Shown: piece after piece, positions 13,014 through 26,094 of the stretch
Position numbering within the stretch: the stretch's first letter is position 1
How the letters are laid out: every line of letters starts with the position of its first letter
Source of the DNA: Octopus vulgaris
Lineage: Eukaryota
Direction of reading: 5' to 3'
NCBI GenBank assembly: GCA_951406725.2
Contig: OX597817.1
Location: 162,254,001 to 162,318,000 of the forward strand
Length of the DNA stretch: 64,000 nt
Translations under genes and position numbers: made by a program
Notes under the pieces: model-generated
Told to the model about the DNA's origin: nothing
The model's input: the letters and a program-made list of their open reading frames with translations, nothing else
Database searches by the model: none

Positions 13014-13388
13014 TGTGTATATGTTTGTGAGTCTGTGTTTGTCCCCCTAGCATTGCTTGACAACCGATGGTGGTGTTTACGTCCCCGTCACCAAGCGGTT
13101 CGGCAAAAGAGACCGATAAAATAAGTACTGGGCTTACAAAGAATAAGTCCCGGAGTCGATTTGCTCGACTAAAGGCGGTGCTCCAGCATGGCCGCAGTCA
13201 AATGACTGAAACAAGTAAAAGAGTAAAGAGTATGTCAAAGGGCCAGCCTTGTCACACTCTGCATCACGCTGAATCTCCCCGAGAACTACGTTAAGGGTAC
13301 ACGTGTCTGCACATTAGTTACACGAGTAAGCTGTTCCGTTGATCGTATCAGCTGGGACTCCCGTCTTCGTAACCGACTCAGTGCTCCT
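12677..13388 (+). mobile_element. SINE family D interrupted by a full SINE A (12781-13232)
   Basis: D head at 12677-12780; D/B-type tail resumes at ~13233; AAAGAGTA duplicated around the SINE A. Confidence 0.85.
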
Positions 13389-13922
13389 ATGATATTTTAC
13401 TTGTTTCAGTCACTAGATTGCTACCATGCTGGGGCACTTCCTTGAACATTTTTTTTTTTTTTGTGGAATGAATGTGACCCAGTACTTATTTCTTTTAAAA
13501 CCTGGTACTTATTCTATCGGCCCCTTTTGCCGATCCACTAAATAACTGGGGTGTAAACACACCAACACCGCTTACCAAGCGGTGGTGCGGGACAAACACA
13601 GACACAAAGACACCTATGTGACAGGCTTCATTCAGTGTCCATTCACCAAATCCAGAATTGACCCCCTAGACCACTGAGATCCTAATTTACTGTCCAAATG
13701 TAACCATTCGATTTCGGGGATCGAGTGGGCCTTGCGCCTCATTTTATACTCTTTTCATATTATCATTCGTTTCTTTTAAGTTTTTCTATTCTTATTTCAT
13801 CTTCTTTTGTATTTTTAAGTTCCCCGAGTTTGTCTTTGTATATGTTTGTTTTGTAATTGGATCGTTCTGTATCTAGCCCCTTGTGTGTAATAAAAGAAAT
13901 AGATCCCAACTATACCCGCGCC

Positions 13923-14398
13923 CAGCGCTGGATTAACCACTGAGCAAAATAAGCACGTGCTTAGGACATTAAGGGAAGGTGAGGCACCGCAGAATTGGTA
14001 AATGGTTACCGGCACAAAAGAAATCATTTTAAACTTATTAAATTAATATTCAAAGTGCTTTATATGATCGGAAATATAATTTCGAAGTGTTCATGGTGTC
14101 ATAGTGAGAATCTGATAAAAGACTTTGCAATTAAAAAAAGAAAACTTTTCAAATCTAAATAAAGTGGAAGTATACAAAAATATACAAAGTGGAAGTATAC
14201 AAAGTGGAAGTATACAAAGTGGAAGTATACAAAGTGGAAATATACAAAAATAAACATTATTTTCCAACTTACTGTTAGTTTTGATTCGTTTTGAAAAATA
14301 AGAATTTATTTTATGGTTTATGATTGTTTATGTTTTGGATTACATATATATGGGAACACCAAAGTGCTTAGGGCCTCCATGGGGTTAATCCGGTCCTG
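13923..14398. mobile_element. hAT-like MITE with internal 15-bp minisatellite
   Basis: TIRs CAGCGCTGGATTAACC / GGTTAATCCGGTCCTG; decayed 8-bp TSD CCCGCGCC/CCCATGTC; (AAAGTGGAAGTATAC)x~5 at 14161-14250. Confidence 0.7.
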
Positions 14399-14449
14399 CC
14401 CATGTCTTGAGACCGCACTGGACACAATCACTAGACTTCAGTGCCTTCC

Positions 14450-14920
14450 TTGTTACCACAAACACCACTACAAATATCACCACGAACACCATCGCTAACA
14501 TCAACCACAACCACCACAAACACCTCAAACATCACTACAAACACCACCTCTAACGCCACCACTAACACTACCACCAACGCCACCATACCACCAACACCAC
14601 CGCTAGCACCAACTCAAACACCGATATGAACACCAACTCTAACACAACCACAAACACCTCGAACGCCACCACAAATATCTTTATTAACATTGCTGCTATT
14701 ATTTCCGAAATCACCATCACTAACACTTCTAAGAATGTTGCCACCATCGTCTCTGTAAACGCCACCGCTAAACATTTTACGAACACAGTTACCATTGTCT
14801 TCGTAAACACCACCACTACTAACACCCCTATCAATACTGCTGCGATTGTCATCACTAACACTACCATAAACACCTTTATAAATGTTTCTGTTGTCGACGC
14901 TTTATCGACACCACCATTTT
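14450..14920. repeat. Degenerate (ACC/AAC)-rich trinucleotide repeat
   Basis: Low-complexity tract giving Thr/Asn-rich ORFs in several frames. Confidence 0.75.
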
Positions 14921-15367
14921 CACAGAAACACCAGTACCAGAGCTGTCGTAGTAATATCTGGAAAAAAATACTTCGCAATTAAAACGTAATTCTTTATTTA
15001 GTCAAAAGAATGAAACACTTTAAAATGAAATCAAGCTACAAATTGAAAAAGACAAACGAATGAATAAATACATAAATATATACATAAATGTGTTTTCTAA
15101 TTTCTCTGGACGCCGTCGTGTTTCTAGAAGTCAAACATTTATAGTACTATGGAGACACATGATGTCTTCATCAGCAAAAAGAGGGTTATAATGTGAGGGC
15201 TGTAACTGTAGATGTCTGAGATATGTGACAATAGTGCTTTTGTGCAAAGTGATTAAAATGAGAGCTGAATAAAATTTAAGTATTTAGAGTAATAATATAA
15301 GGATATGTCAGTATCGACAAAAAGGGAAAGACACTTATAAAAGAAATCAAGCTGGATAGATAGATAA

Positions 15368-15478
<111 letters not shown>

Positions 15479-15489
15479 GGCAGACAGAC

Positions 15490-15534
<45 letters not shown>

Positions 15535-15647
15535 TATTCAAGATCTTCCCCTGACACGATCGTATTTAAAGCAGTCACATGTTCATTGAAATATGTAAAC
15601 ACGTGACACCTACATTAGGTGGAAAAGCAATGTTGTGTAAAGATTTT

Positions 15648-15710
<63 letters not shown>

Positions 15711-15721
15711 TGTGTGTATAA

Positions 15722-16040
15722 CTAGAACTCCGTCGGTTACGACGACGAAGGTTTTTGTTGATCCGATCAACGGAATAGCTTGCTCGTGAAATTAACGTGC
15801 AAATTGAGCCCTCCACTGACACGTGTACCATTAACGTAGTTCTCAGGCAGATTCAGTGTGGCACAGGATGTGAAAAGGCAGGTCCTTTGAATTACAGGTA
15901 CTACTCATTTGTCAGCTGAGTGGACTGGAGCAACGTGAAATAAAGTGTTTTACACAAGAACACAACGCGTTGCTGGGTATCGAACTCACGACCTTGCGAT
16001 CGTGAGCCGAACACCCTCACCACTAAGCCACACATCTTCA
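15722..16040 (-). mobile_element. SINE family D
   Basis: tRNA-like head, CACTTTATTTCACGTTGCTCCAGTCCACTCAGCTG middle, 3' half shared with family B. Confidence 0.85.
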
Positions 16041-16749
16041 CACACACACACACACCTGCAGCCGTATGTGTATCATACTTAATACAAGTACGTCGTGAAA
16101 TGGCAAACTAACCGCGGGATTCGTCTGGAAATAATGCTTTTTATGGACGTACTGTATTTGAAAACACAAATATATATAAGTAGCAGAGGAATGTCATCCT
16201 ACAACGGCAGTGAGGATGCTAGAGGTGCATTTAGGCCTTTAAGGGATCTGTCAGTAGCATGTACCCACTGCCGTGCGTAGTATGAATGATTCAGTGTAGG
16301 TTTTTGTACCTGTGTTTGTTTCGAACCGCTTTAAAACTGATGCAGGTTCGATAATGTGCCCGTAACTTAACGGTGCGTCAAAAAAAGACTGATGGAATAA
16401 GTACCAAACTTTAAGAAATATGTACTAGGGTGATTGTTTACATCGACTACAATGGTCAAAGAGTTGCTCCAGCATGGCTGCAGCCTAATGATTGACACAA
16501 ATGAAAAGAATACATATATACCTGTATATTATCAGATAAAAGGATGAGTGCGTATAAACAGGTCATACAGGGATATGTTAACAGAAAGCTCTAGGATGAC
16601 TGCAAGATTGACAATCAAAATTAGTCACTTGTGGACCTGCGTGTGCAACCCATGAACAGGAAATAGCCTTCAAATTTCTGATGCACAAGCGAGAGAGTTC
16701 AAATCCCAACACAAACAAAGGACGTTATATAGAACTCCTTGACTCAAGT

Positions 16750-16861
16750 TATAGAAGGGATGCGTATTATACACAAGGTCTAGTTTTTTCAGAGGTACAG
16801 CCCCCTAAAAATCCCCTGCGTATTATACTCAAGGGCGGATTATACTCGAGGATTTACGGTA
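16750..16861. mobile_element. Terminus of a Tc2/pogo-like DNA transposon
   Basis: Repeated GCGTATTATAC subterminal motifs ending GAGGATTTACGG-TA. Confidence 0.6.
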
Positions 16862-17671
16862 TACATTTTTTTGTATTTCATGTATTTGATACACTTTATA
16901 TATTAATCTAGCTTATCCTTACATTTACATATTAACATATTATATATGTTTGTGTATGTACGTACGTGTATGTAAGTATTTGAGTATACATATACACATA
17001 GATATATATTATCATATATATTATCATTTATCTTTTCTCTTACTTGTTTCATAACATACGTACACTTTTTTTCTCTTTTTTCAATGTGAAAGTTTACTAA
17101 TTCGCTGAATCCATACGTGTAAGAAATTCAGAATTTTGCGTTTCTTTTGTCAAAGTTAGTATCAAATTTCTTCAGAATTTTTCACATTGCTACAGTGAAT
17201 TAGTTTAGCTCATAAAAGAAATTCTTTCCTTTGGAGAATATAATGTTTTTCCAGCTTTCATGTGTGATAATTCAACATTTCCACTGACCACGTAACTTTT
17301 AGAAATTTGAAAATTTGCCAGTTTTTATCCAACTTTAGAAAGTACGAAATTCTTTACAATTTTACACTTTATCGCTCCAGAATACAGTGGAATATTTTAT
17401 ATTTTAGTTGTTTCAGTCACTGGACTGCTGCCATGCTGGGGCACCGCCTTGAAGAACTTTTAGTTGAATAAATCGACCCCTAGAACTTTTTTCAAAAACC
17501 TACTACTTAATCTGTTAGTCTCTTTTGTCGAACCACTAAGTTACAGAGATGTAAAGCGGTGGTTCGGGACAAACACAAACAGAAAGGGAAACATACACAC
17601 ACACACACACATGATGAGCTGATATAAGGTAACAGAATACCTTTTCGCTTTCTTTCTTTTTCTTTTCTTTC

Positions 17672-17885
17672 TTTTACTTGTTTCAGTCATTTGACTGTGG
17701 CCATGCTGGAGCACCGGCTTTAGTCGAGCAAATCGACCCCAGGACTTATTCTTTGTAAGCCTAGTACTTATTCTATCGGTCTCTTTTACCGAACCGCTAA
17801 GATATGGGGACGTAAACACACCATCATCGGTTGTCAAGCGATGTTGGGGGGTGACAAACACAGACACACAAACATATACACACAC

Positions 17886-17928
<43 letters not shown>

Positions 17929-18090
17929 TACAACGGGCTTCTTTCAGTTTCCGTCTACCAAATCCACTCACAAGGCTTTGGTCGGTCCGAGGCCATAGTA
18001 GAAGACACTTACCCAATGTGTCACGCAGTGGGACAGAACCCGGAACCATGTGGTTGGTAAGAAAGCTACTTACCACACAGCCACTCATGC
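17672..18090 (-). mobile_element. SINE family A (full), preceded by a partial older copy at 17400-17610
   Basis: Collinear match to 329-1071. Confidence 0.9.
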
Positions 18091-18649
18091 GCTTCGTTAT
18101 TATTTATTCAAATCACCTTGTATGTTTTACTTAACTTCTTACCTGCACAACCTTTGCATAAACCGATGTCATTTTTCTTTTCAGTCACGTTATCTTGAAG
18201 CGTTGCTATGACTTCTGCCTCATTGACGACAGAGTTTATCATACACACCTGGTCATTAATTATGGCTTCTCTAATTTTCTTTCTTTTCTTTTTCCGTTTT
18301 TCTTTTTCCCTTTGTCTTTTCAATCCAATTTTTGCATCAACATTCTCCTCGGTTTTTTCAAGTGGTTTCTCATACACCAGCGTCTTCATTTTTCATATAG
18401 AACAAACCATGTGCTCAGAGCTTGGAGATTGCTTGGAGACACAAGGTACATTATAAAAACCTGCCATAACCACATGTTTTAATGGCAAGAAGCTTTTCGG
18501 AGCTCTTATTTTGATACAGTTTACATTAAATGATACACACACACACACACACATATATTAATAGTAATGCTAAGACAACAAAAGAATGAAAGAGACCTCG
18601 ATATTAAATAAATAGAGGAATTTATCTGTAATATAATATGTGGCCATAA

Positions 18650-18977
18650 TATGAGATACCTTTGAAGTGACAGTAGTATGTCATCTAGTCAGGGATCCAA
18701 GACCTCCTTCAGAAGATTGCCGCAAGCGGCTGCGGTCACTTTAACCTCTTCAGGCATCTTGACTGGGCCAATAAGTCTGTCCCCAATGATGCCAGCCCAC
18801 AACATGACTCTTCCACCCTGTTGTTGATGTCATAAGCGTTGGTGACGTTCATCTCCAAAATAGACCCAACCATTTGCCCGACCGTCAGGTTCTTCAAAGG
18901 TTGCCCTGGTTTCTTCAGTGAACAGAACACAACTCAAGTTTAACGTCATGTACTTTTGGGCCCATTGAAGCCTCAAA
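18650..18977 (-). pseudogene. Tc1-like transposase fragment (resembles DD37E/TRT type)
   Basis: LRLQWAQKYM...VLFTEETRATFEEPDGRANGW...QQGGRVMLWAGIIGDRLIGP with stops; family assignment is from recalled motifs. Confidence 0.8.
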
Positions 18978-20526
18978 CTATAATTTTCACAGACAATAAA
19001 TACGATATTATTTGTTATTGTCTGAGATTTTGGTGTAATTTGAGAGGATAATACAAAAGTCATGGATGATTTAGTGGTTTACTGCAAAACCCATGGCGGC
19101 CAAAATGATCAGAACGGTTGCTTTTACTCCGTGTTTTAGTATATTGAATCAGCGAACTCTAATGTTTTGAATTTGTTTACTTGACGGTTCGTTTACTAAA
19201 CGTTAGTAAGAATATCTGCAGTGTACTTTGTTTATATAATGCCACTTACTCCGTTACCAATTCGTCAGCAGATTATTAAGCTTCAAAAGAAGGATAATTT
19301 AAGTATTGGGTCTATTGCAAAGATTGTTACCAAGTCAAAAAGTGTTGTTCATGGTATTCTTAAGGTCTACGATGATTGTGGTTCGTGTGAAGCAAGAAAG
19401 TCTACAGGTAAGCCAAGAAAAACGACCAAGAGAGAAGATAGTGCTATGGTAAAGTTGGTTAAAAAGGACAGATTTAAAACTGCTGCTGCTGTTTCTCGGG
19501 AAATGAGCATTGTACTGAAGAAAACTTTATCTCGAAAAACTGTCTCGTCGTTTAGTTGAACATGACCTACAAGCAAGAGCACCTGCAGTGAAGCCACTGA
19601 TCAGCTCCAAGAATAAAAAGTGTCGTCTTACCTTTGCAACCGAACATGTGTTGTGGTCTCAAAAAAAGTGGCAAACGGTGCATTTCAGTAATGAATCTAA
19701 GTTTATGTTATTTGGCTCAGATGAGAAAATGTACGTTCGTCGAAAAGTAGGTGAAAAATTGTCGACTAAATGCCTTAAGACTAGTGTTAAATTCAGTGGA
19801 GGAAGTGTCATGGTTTGGGGGATGATATCTGGAGATGGTGTGGGCCCTTTGGTGCGATTACATGGAAAGTAAAATGCAGGAGTTTATAAACAACTTGTGA
19901 AAGATCATGTCTTGCCTGTGCTAAGAAATTCAACTAAGCGACCACCCATATTCATGCAGGACAATGCCCCATGTCACAAGGCTAAAGTGGTCATGAACTT
20001 CCTCAAGGCTGAAAAGGTTATTGTTATGGATTCGCCTGCTCAAAGCCCAGATCTCAATCCTATTGAAAATGCGTGGAATATTCTAGGAGAACGTTCGAAA
20101 GCCAGAAATCCTAAAACAACTGAGCAATTATGAAATGCCCATCAGGAAGAAAATTAAATAAGATCACCCAGCAAGAAATTGAAAATTTAATTTCCTCATG
20201 CAGTCGAAGATGTCAAAGTGTGATTGAAGCTAAAGGGCTTCACGCTAAATATTAAATAATTCCAGTATTCTCTTTCATTTTTGATTATTTTGTTATTTTT
20301 TCAACCGTTCTGATCATTTTGGCCGGCATGGGTTTTGCAGTAAATCACTAAATCATCCATAACTTTTGTATTATCCTCTCAAATTACACCAGAATCTCAA
20401 ACAATAACAAATAATATCGTATTTATTGTCTGTGAAATTTATAGAATATAAAACAACTTTGATAAAAAAATTGTACCTGCTTTTCTGACGAAAACAATGC
20501 CGTTCTGAACATTTTGGCCGCAACTG
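18978..20526 (+). mobile_element. Tc1 (DD34E) transposon with long IR/DR-type TIRs; left TIR truncated
   Basis: Right TIR 20302-20526 ends CAACTG-TA; left copy 18978-19120; motif GCGGCCAAAATG(T/A)TCAGAACGG at both inner and outer TIR ends. Confidence 0.95.
19239..20255 (+). pseudogene. Tc1 transposase pseudogene
   Basis: HTH region, GKPRKTT, FS(N)ESKF, SVMVWG, MQDNAPCH-34aa-E (SPDLNPIE); split over three ORFs by frameshifts/stops; first catalytic D mutated to N. Confidence 0.95.
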
Positions 20527-20562
20527 TATATATATGTATATATATGTTTATATGTATGTATG

Positions 20563-20709
<147 letters not shown>

Positions 20710-20734
20710 AAGGGTGAAAAGGAACACACGAGTT

Positions 20735-22114
20735 GATATATATGAAAAAACAAGTAAAAAATAGAAAATGCTAAAATAATTTTATAGTGAACATTTCAGT
20801 ACCGGTTTCGGTCATTTTGAGACCTTTTCAACTGTAACGATTAAATAATTAAATTTAGAAAAATTAGAAGAAAAGTTTTTTTAAAAGAATATTTCTATAG
20901 TAGTGTTCAGATTTAAGTGGCATTCTGCCTTTCTCTGACTCCCTTGTTTGCACTTGTGTGTTCGAGGTAGTTGTGAGTTCTTGGTAGGGTAGTAGAGGGA
21001 AGGCTGGTGAGGAAAGGGGGTGGGAGAATCTGGGAGTGCCCTGATGGTCGTATTTTGAATGGTCAGTGGCGGCTGGCAGTCTCAGTTCAATTCAGGATTG
21101 TTTATAGAATTAGCGTAGGTGTTATACTAAAAAACATTAGTGACAAACTTAAGGGGTAGGGGGTGGAGAAGTAGGGACGATACAACCTCGAGACAAAGAA
21201 TAAGTAAAGAAAATCTCTTTATTACAAAATACAAGCCACTTCTTAACGGGTCTACGACAAACAATTAATATACCTCAACTTTAGAATAAAAGAAAAAAAT
21301 ATATATACACACACAAATACTACACTCCATAGAATCCATTACTAATCAGCCCCTTCATAGCTATATTTACACCCATTCATATTCTCCCTTCTCTGTTTTT
21401 TTCTTCTTCTTCTTCTTCATCATCATCGTTATCATCATCATCGGCGTCATCATCATCACCACCATCATCACCACCATCTTCTCCTCCTCCTTCTTCTTCT
21501 TCTTCTTCTTCTTCTTCTTCTTCTTCTTCTTCTTCTTCTTCTTCTTCTTCATCATCATCGTTATCATCATCATCGTCGTCATAATCATCACCACCATCAC
21601 CATCATCTTCTCCTTCTCCTTCTTCTTCTTCTTCTCCTTCTTCTTCTTCTTCTTCTTCTTCTTCTTCTTCTTCTTCTTCTTCTCCACCCCCTACCCCTTA
21701 AGTTTGTCACTAATGTTTTTTAGTATAACACCTACGCTAATTCTATAAACAATCCTGAATTGAACTGAGACTGCCAGCCGCCACTGACCATTCAAAATAC
21801 GACCATCAGGGCACTCCCAGATTCTCCCACCCCCTTTCCTCACCAGCCTTCCCTCTACTACCCTACCAAGAACTCACAACTACCTCGAACACACAAGTGC
21901 AAACAAGGGAGTCAGAGAAAGGCAGAATGCCACTTAAATCTGAACACTACTATAGAAATATTCTTTTAAAAAAACTTTTCTTCTAATTTTTCTAAATTTA
22001 ATTATTTAATCGTTACAGTTGAAAAGGTCTCAAAATGACCGAAACCGGTACTGAAATGTTCACTATAAAATTATTTTAGCATTTTCTATTTTTTACTTGT
22101 TTTTTCATATATAT
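20735..22114 (+). mobile_element. 5'-truncated Penelope-like retroelement with inverted pLTR
   Basis: Near-perfect ~435-bp inverted repeat 20735-21171/21678-22114; spacer begins with ...RISKENLFITKYKPLLN (21173-21268), matching a GIY-YIG endonuclease C-terminus; hammerhead motif in each arm; (TA)n flanks. Confidence 0.85.
22011..22058 (+). ncRNA. Minimal type-I hammerhead ribozyme, U3-A8 core variant (mirror copy at 20792-20839, minus)
   Basis: CGTTACAG-TTGAAAA-GGTCtcaaaatGACC-GAAA-CCGG-TA-CTGAAATG. Confidence 0.7.
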
Positions 22115-22143
22115 ATATATATATATATGCATACATGTATGTG

Positions 22144-22175
<32 letters not shown>

Positions 22176-22215
22176 TATATATATGTGTGTGTATGTATGT
22201 ATATATATATTTATA

Positions 22216-22246
<31 letters not shown>

Positions 22247-22269
22247 ATGTATGTATGTATGTATAAATT

Positions 22270-22510
22270 TATAGTAGAAAATTGGATAAACCGGCTTTAA
22301 TTACAAATTACATTTGTTTCTGTGCAATGGCAACAGCTACAAATTGCTGAGTTTTCAATCTCATACCATTACATAAATTATTTTATGCAATTATTTATAA
22401 AGTAATTAACAATGGTATGAGAAACTCAGCAGCTTGCAATTGCTGCCACTGCACAAAAACAAATGTTGAGATTTGTAACTAAAGCCTGTTTATTCCATTT
22501 TCTTGCTGTA
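22270..22510. repeat. Diverged fold-back with ~100-bp arms
   Basis: 22270-22370 is the reverse complement of ~22412-22510 at moderate identity. Confidence 0.7.
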
Positions 22511-22975
22511 TAAAATTTGATATATAAATTCTATACGGAAACAGAGTTCCACGTATTTATTCAGCTCAAGGTATAACCCCGCAGTATGATAGGATATGGC
22601 AGCCGATAACAGTATAGAAGCCTTTAAAATGCACGTCACGCGGTCATTACTTACATAATATTAAATGTGTGTGTGTGTGTGTAAAGTAAAGTTAAAATCC
22701 AAGGATCAAGGTGTAGGAAGATAGTAGGTTTCTAGCAATCCGTAGAAGGTATAGCAATCAACTTTCAGGAACTATAGGGGGTTATTGACGTATAAGGTTG
22801 TAAGTTTTTCCCGTATCGAAGTTCGATGAGCTGAAAAAATTGTTTTATAGCTTATAGTTAGTAGCAGGGGTTACTGTGTATGCGAACAGAAGTTCAAATT
22901 TAGGGAAAGAAGCAGATGAGATTCAGGCTTCATATGCTTCATAGCAAGCAGAACCGCGGAAGTAGTAATTATCCA

Positions 22976-23347
22976 GTGGTTAGGGCAGCGGACTCGCGGT
23001 CGTAGGATCGCGGTTTCGATTCCCAGACCGGGCGTTGTGAGTGTTTATTGAGCGAAAACACCTAAAAGCTCCACGAGGCTCCGGCAGGGATGGTGGTGAT
23101 CCCTGCTGTACTCTTTCACCACAACTTTCTCTCACTCTTACTTCCTGTTTCTGTTGTACCTGTATTTCAAGGGCCGGTCTTGTCACTCTCTGTGTCACGC
23201 TGAACGTAGTTCTTTTTCAGAACTACGTAAAGGGTACACGTGTCTGTGGAGTGCTCAGCCACTTACACGTTAATTTCACGAGCAGGCTGTTCCGTTGATC
23301 GGATCAACCGGAACCCTCATCGTCGTAACCGACGGAGTGCTTCCTCC
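22976..23347 (+). mobile_element. SINE family B, slightly 5' truncated
   Basis: TSD TAATTATCCA at 22966-22975 and 23348-23357; interrupts one arm of an older fold-back (~22930-23560). Confidence 0.92.
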
Positions 23348-23809
23348 TAATTATCCAAACGAGGGTTAATCCGCTCGCTATTCATTGAGCCAAGGAAGCT
23401 AACATTGTCGTCAAGGGATCCGATGTTGACTCGCAGGAAGTTCGATTGAAAAAACCTTTGATCCATTGAGTAGCTAGCAGATTACCCCTCGTTCGGATAA
23501 TTGGATAATTACTACATCTGAGGTTCTGCCAGCAAAGAAACATGTGTAGCCTGGGTCTCAGGCTGAAGTTGCGTTTGACCCTCTGGCCGATGACTGATGA
23601 ACAATTGGTGACTTCTGTGATTTTTGTCCATCTGTGTATTTTGTATATATTCGTTTCTCTATTTACTAGACATGTTTTTAATTATATATATATATTATAT
23701 ATAAGTAGGTCATATTTTCCGTTTGTTGTCTATTTAATATTTTTGATATTAAATAAATATATATATATATATATATATAAATACATATACACACATATAT
23801 ATATACACA

Positions 23810-23845
<36 letters not shown>

Positions 23846-23923
23846 CATATACATACATATACATATATATATATACATATATATGTATACGTATATGTAT
23901 ATGTATATATACATATATGTATA

Positions 23924-23969
<46 letters not shown>

Positions 23970-24013
23970 TATACATATATGTATATATACATATACATAT
24001 ACGTATACATATA

Positions 24014-24097
<84 letters not shown>

Positions 24098-24705
24098 GAA
24101 ACACACATATATACACGTACACATATATACATACATACATCCTGACAAAAGTTTTCGTTTGGAGATACCTTGTAACACAATCCGCTACTTTTTGAAACTT
24201 TTTATAAAATTGATCTGGTAGAGGGCTGGTGGGTAAGAGGATTTTATAAAGTTGGAAGAGACCCTCTTGGCAACGGACCAGAAGGTTCTATTGCAAGTTG
24301 GGTGGCATCAGAGCTTACCTGCCGCGATTCTCTTATGAAGAATGCAGAAATATCGAAATACAAGAATGAGTTAAGAACGTTGGTAAAGGAAGACGATTAT
24401 AATCGAGGATTGTGGGAACGGATGGGATAGGGAGATGAGAGAAGGGGCCTAAAAGGGCTGCATAAGAAGGTGAAGGAGGAGTAGAAGGAGAAAGATAAAT
24501 GAGCATTAATGGGAGAGAGGGGGGAGAGATAGATAGATAGATAGATAGAGAGAGACAGACAGACAGACAGAGAAGAGGGAATGGTGCAGTGAAGACGGAG
24601 AAGGGAAACAAGAGTCAAAGAAAGTATAAGAGAGAAGAAAGACAGTACAAAAAAAGGAAGGTGAGAATGTGATGCCTGTATATGCACATACGGGTAGCTA
24701 TATAT

Positions 24706-24863
24706 GGCGTGGCTGTGTGGTAGGAAGCTAGCTTTCCAACCACATGGTTCCGGGTTCAGTCCCACTGCATGGCATCTTGGGGAAAGTGTCTTCTACTATA
24801 GCCTCGGGACAACCAAAGCCTTGTGAGTGTATTTGGTAGACGGAAACTGAAAGAAGCCCCTCG

Positions 24864-24896
<33 letters not shown>

Positions 24897-24970
24897 AAGT
24901 ATATGTATATAATTGTGTGCGTCTGTGTTTGTTTCCCCGTCATCGCTTGACAACCGATGATGGTGTGTTT
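24706..24970 (+). mobile_element. SINE family A, 3' truncated
   Basis: Head through TGGTGTGTTTA present. Confidence 0.85.
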
Positions 24971-25251
24971 ATCGCGGTTTACCTATCGCGGTTTACTTAT
25001 CGCAGTTTATTGTTTAAGCTTACGTCGATTCCGCTGTCGTGTTGTTTTGCATTTATAATAAAATAAAAATAATAAGCAAAAATTATACAATATATAAGCT
25101 ACCAATTTAATATGAAGAATCTTTATTAGAAATCTAACTTTGGAACCCCCCAAAGTAAAGGATGAAATAGAACTGAACCTTTTCTCATATAGCATAATTA
25201 AATCTCAGAATGAGAAGGAAGCCTTCACTTTCGTCGCATCCTGGTGGTTAC

Positions 25252-25294
25252 CGCCCGTTGACAAGGGGCAAATATCCCGAAACTAGTCCGAGCG
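25252..25294 (+). ncRNA. Minimal type-I hammerhead ribozyme, U3-A8 core variant
   Basis: CGCCCG-TTGACAA-GGGgcaaatatCCC-GAAA-CTAG-TC-CGAGCG; stem I 5/6 paired; palindromic stem III ACTAGT; GUC triplet. Confidence 0.7.
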
Positions 25295-25582
25295 TATCAC
25301 TCAGGCTTGCGAGGAAGGGATGGCCTCCCTTTGCAAATACTTCAAGGGCACTGATATGGTGTCTAAAGCCAGCTAGAGACGACGATCTCTTGGGGCTATA
25401 AAGCTACAGTAACACCCCCTCCCCTATGTGGTTAGCCATGATAAGATGGCTTCTATACTTTACATTTTCTCATATATATATATAGTTAATCCAAACATGA
25501 ACACAAGAGAAAACACAACAACGCAAGGACGTGGAACAAGTATAGTGTTATTGGACGCTAAGGAAAGGAAAGAAAGAAAGAG

Positions 25583-25618
25583 GATTTAACGTTTCGAGCG
25601 AAGCTCTTCGTCAGAAAC
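25583..25618 (-). ncRNA. Minimal hammerhead motif (canonical CUGACGA) in a Penelope-like fragment (~25480-25690)
   Basis: Minus strand TTT-CTGACGA-A-GAGCttcGCTC-GAAACGTT-AAA. Confidence 0.7.
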
Positions 25619-25895
25619 ATAGAAAAAGGAAAGATCCAAGGAAGGGAAGACGGAAAAAGAAAATCGCCAACGATACACACGCGGTCACACATACACACAC
25701 ATACATATATATTGTATTTATACAAAACTATGTTATTTTATATACGTATATGATATATATATTATATATTGTATATATATTTTTATTATATATACATATA
25801 ATATATTTATATTGTTTATACAAAATTGTGTATTACACATGTTTATATACCATATGTATGTCTCTCTCTTTCTCGCCCTCACTTACTCTCTCCCT

Positions 25896-25978
<83 letters not shown>

Positions 25979-26008
25979 ACACACATATATATATGTATAT
26001 ATATGAAC

Positions 26009-26094
<86 letters not shown>

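Noticed and set aside
14626-14982. Mucin-like Thr/Asn-rich ORF
   Set aside because: Degenerate ACC repeat, open in multiple frames and on both strands
18108-18389. 93-aa Lys-rich ORF
   Set aside because: No recognisable domain, partly low-complexity; probably decayed transposon sequence
23542-24221. Long YI/VC/HT-rich ORFs here and throughout the window
   Set aside because: They are translations of (TA)n, (TG)n and (TACA)n microsatellites, which lack stops in several frames
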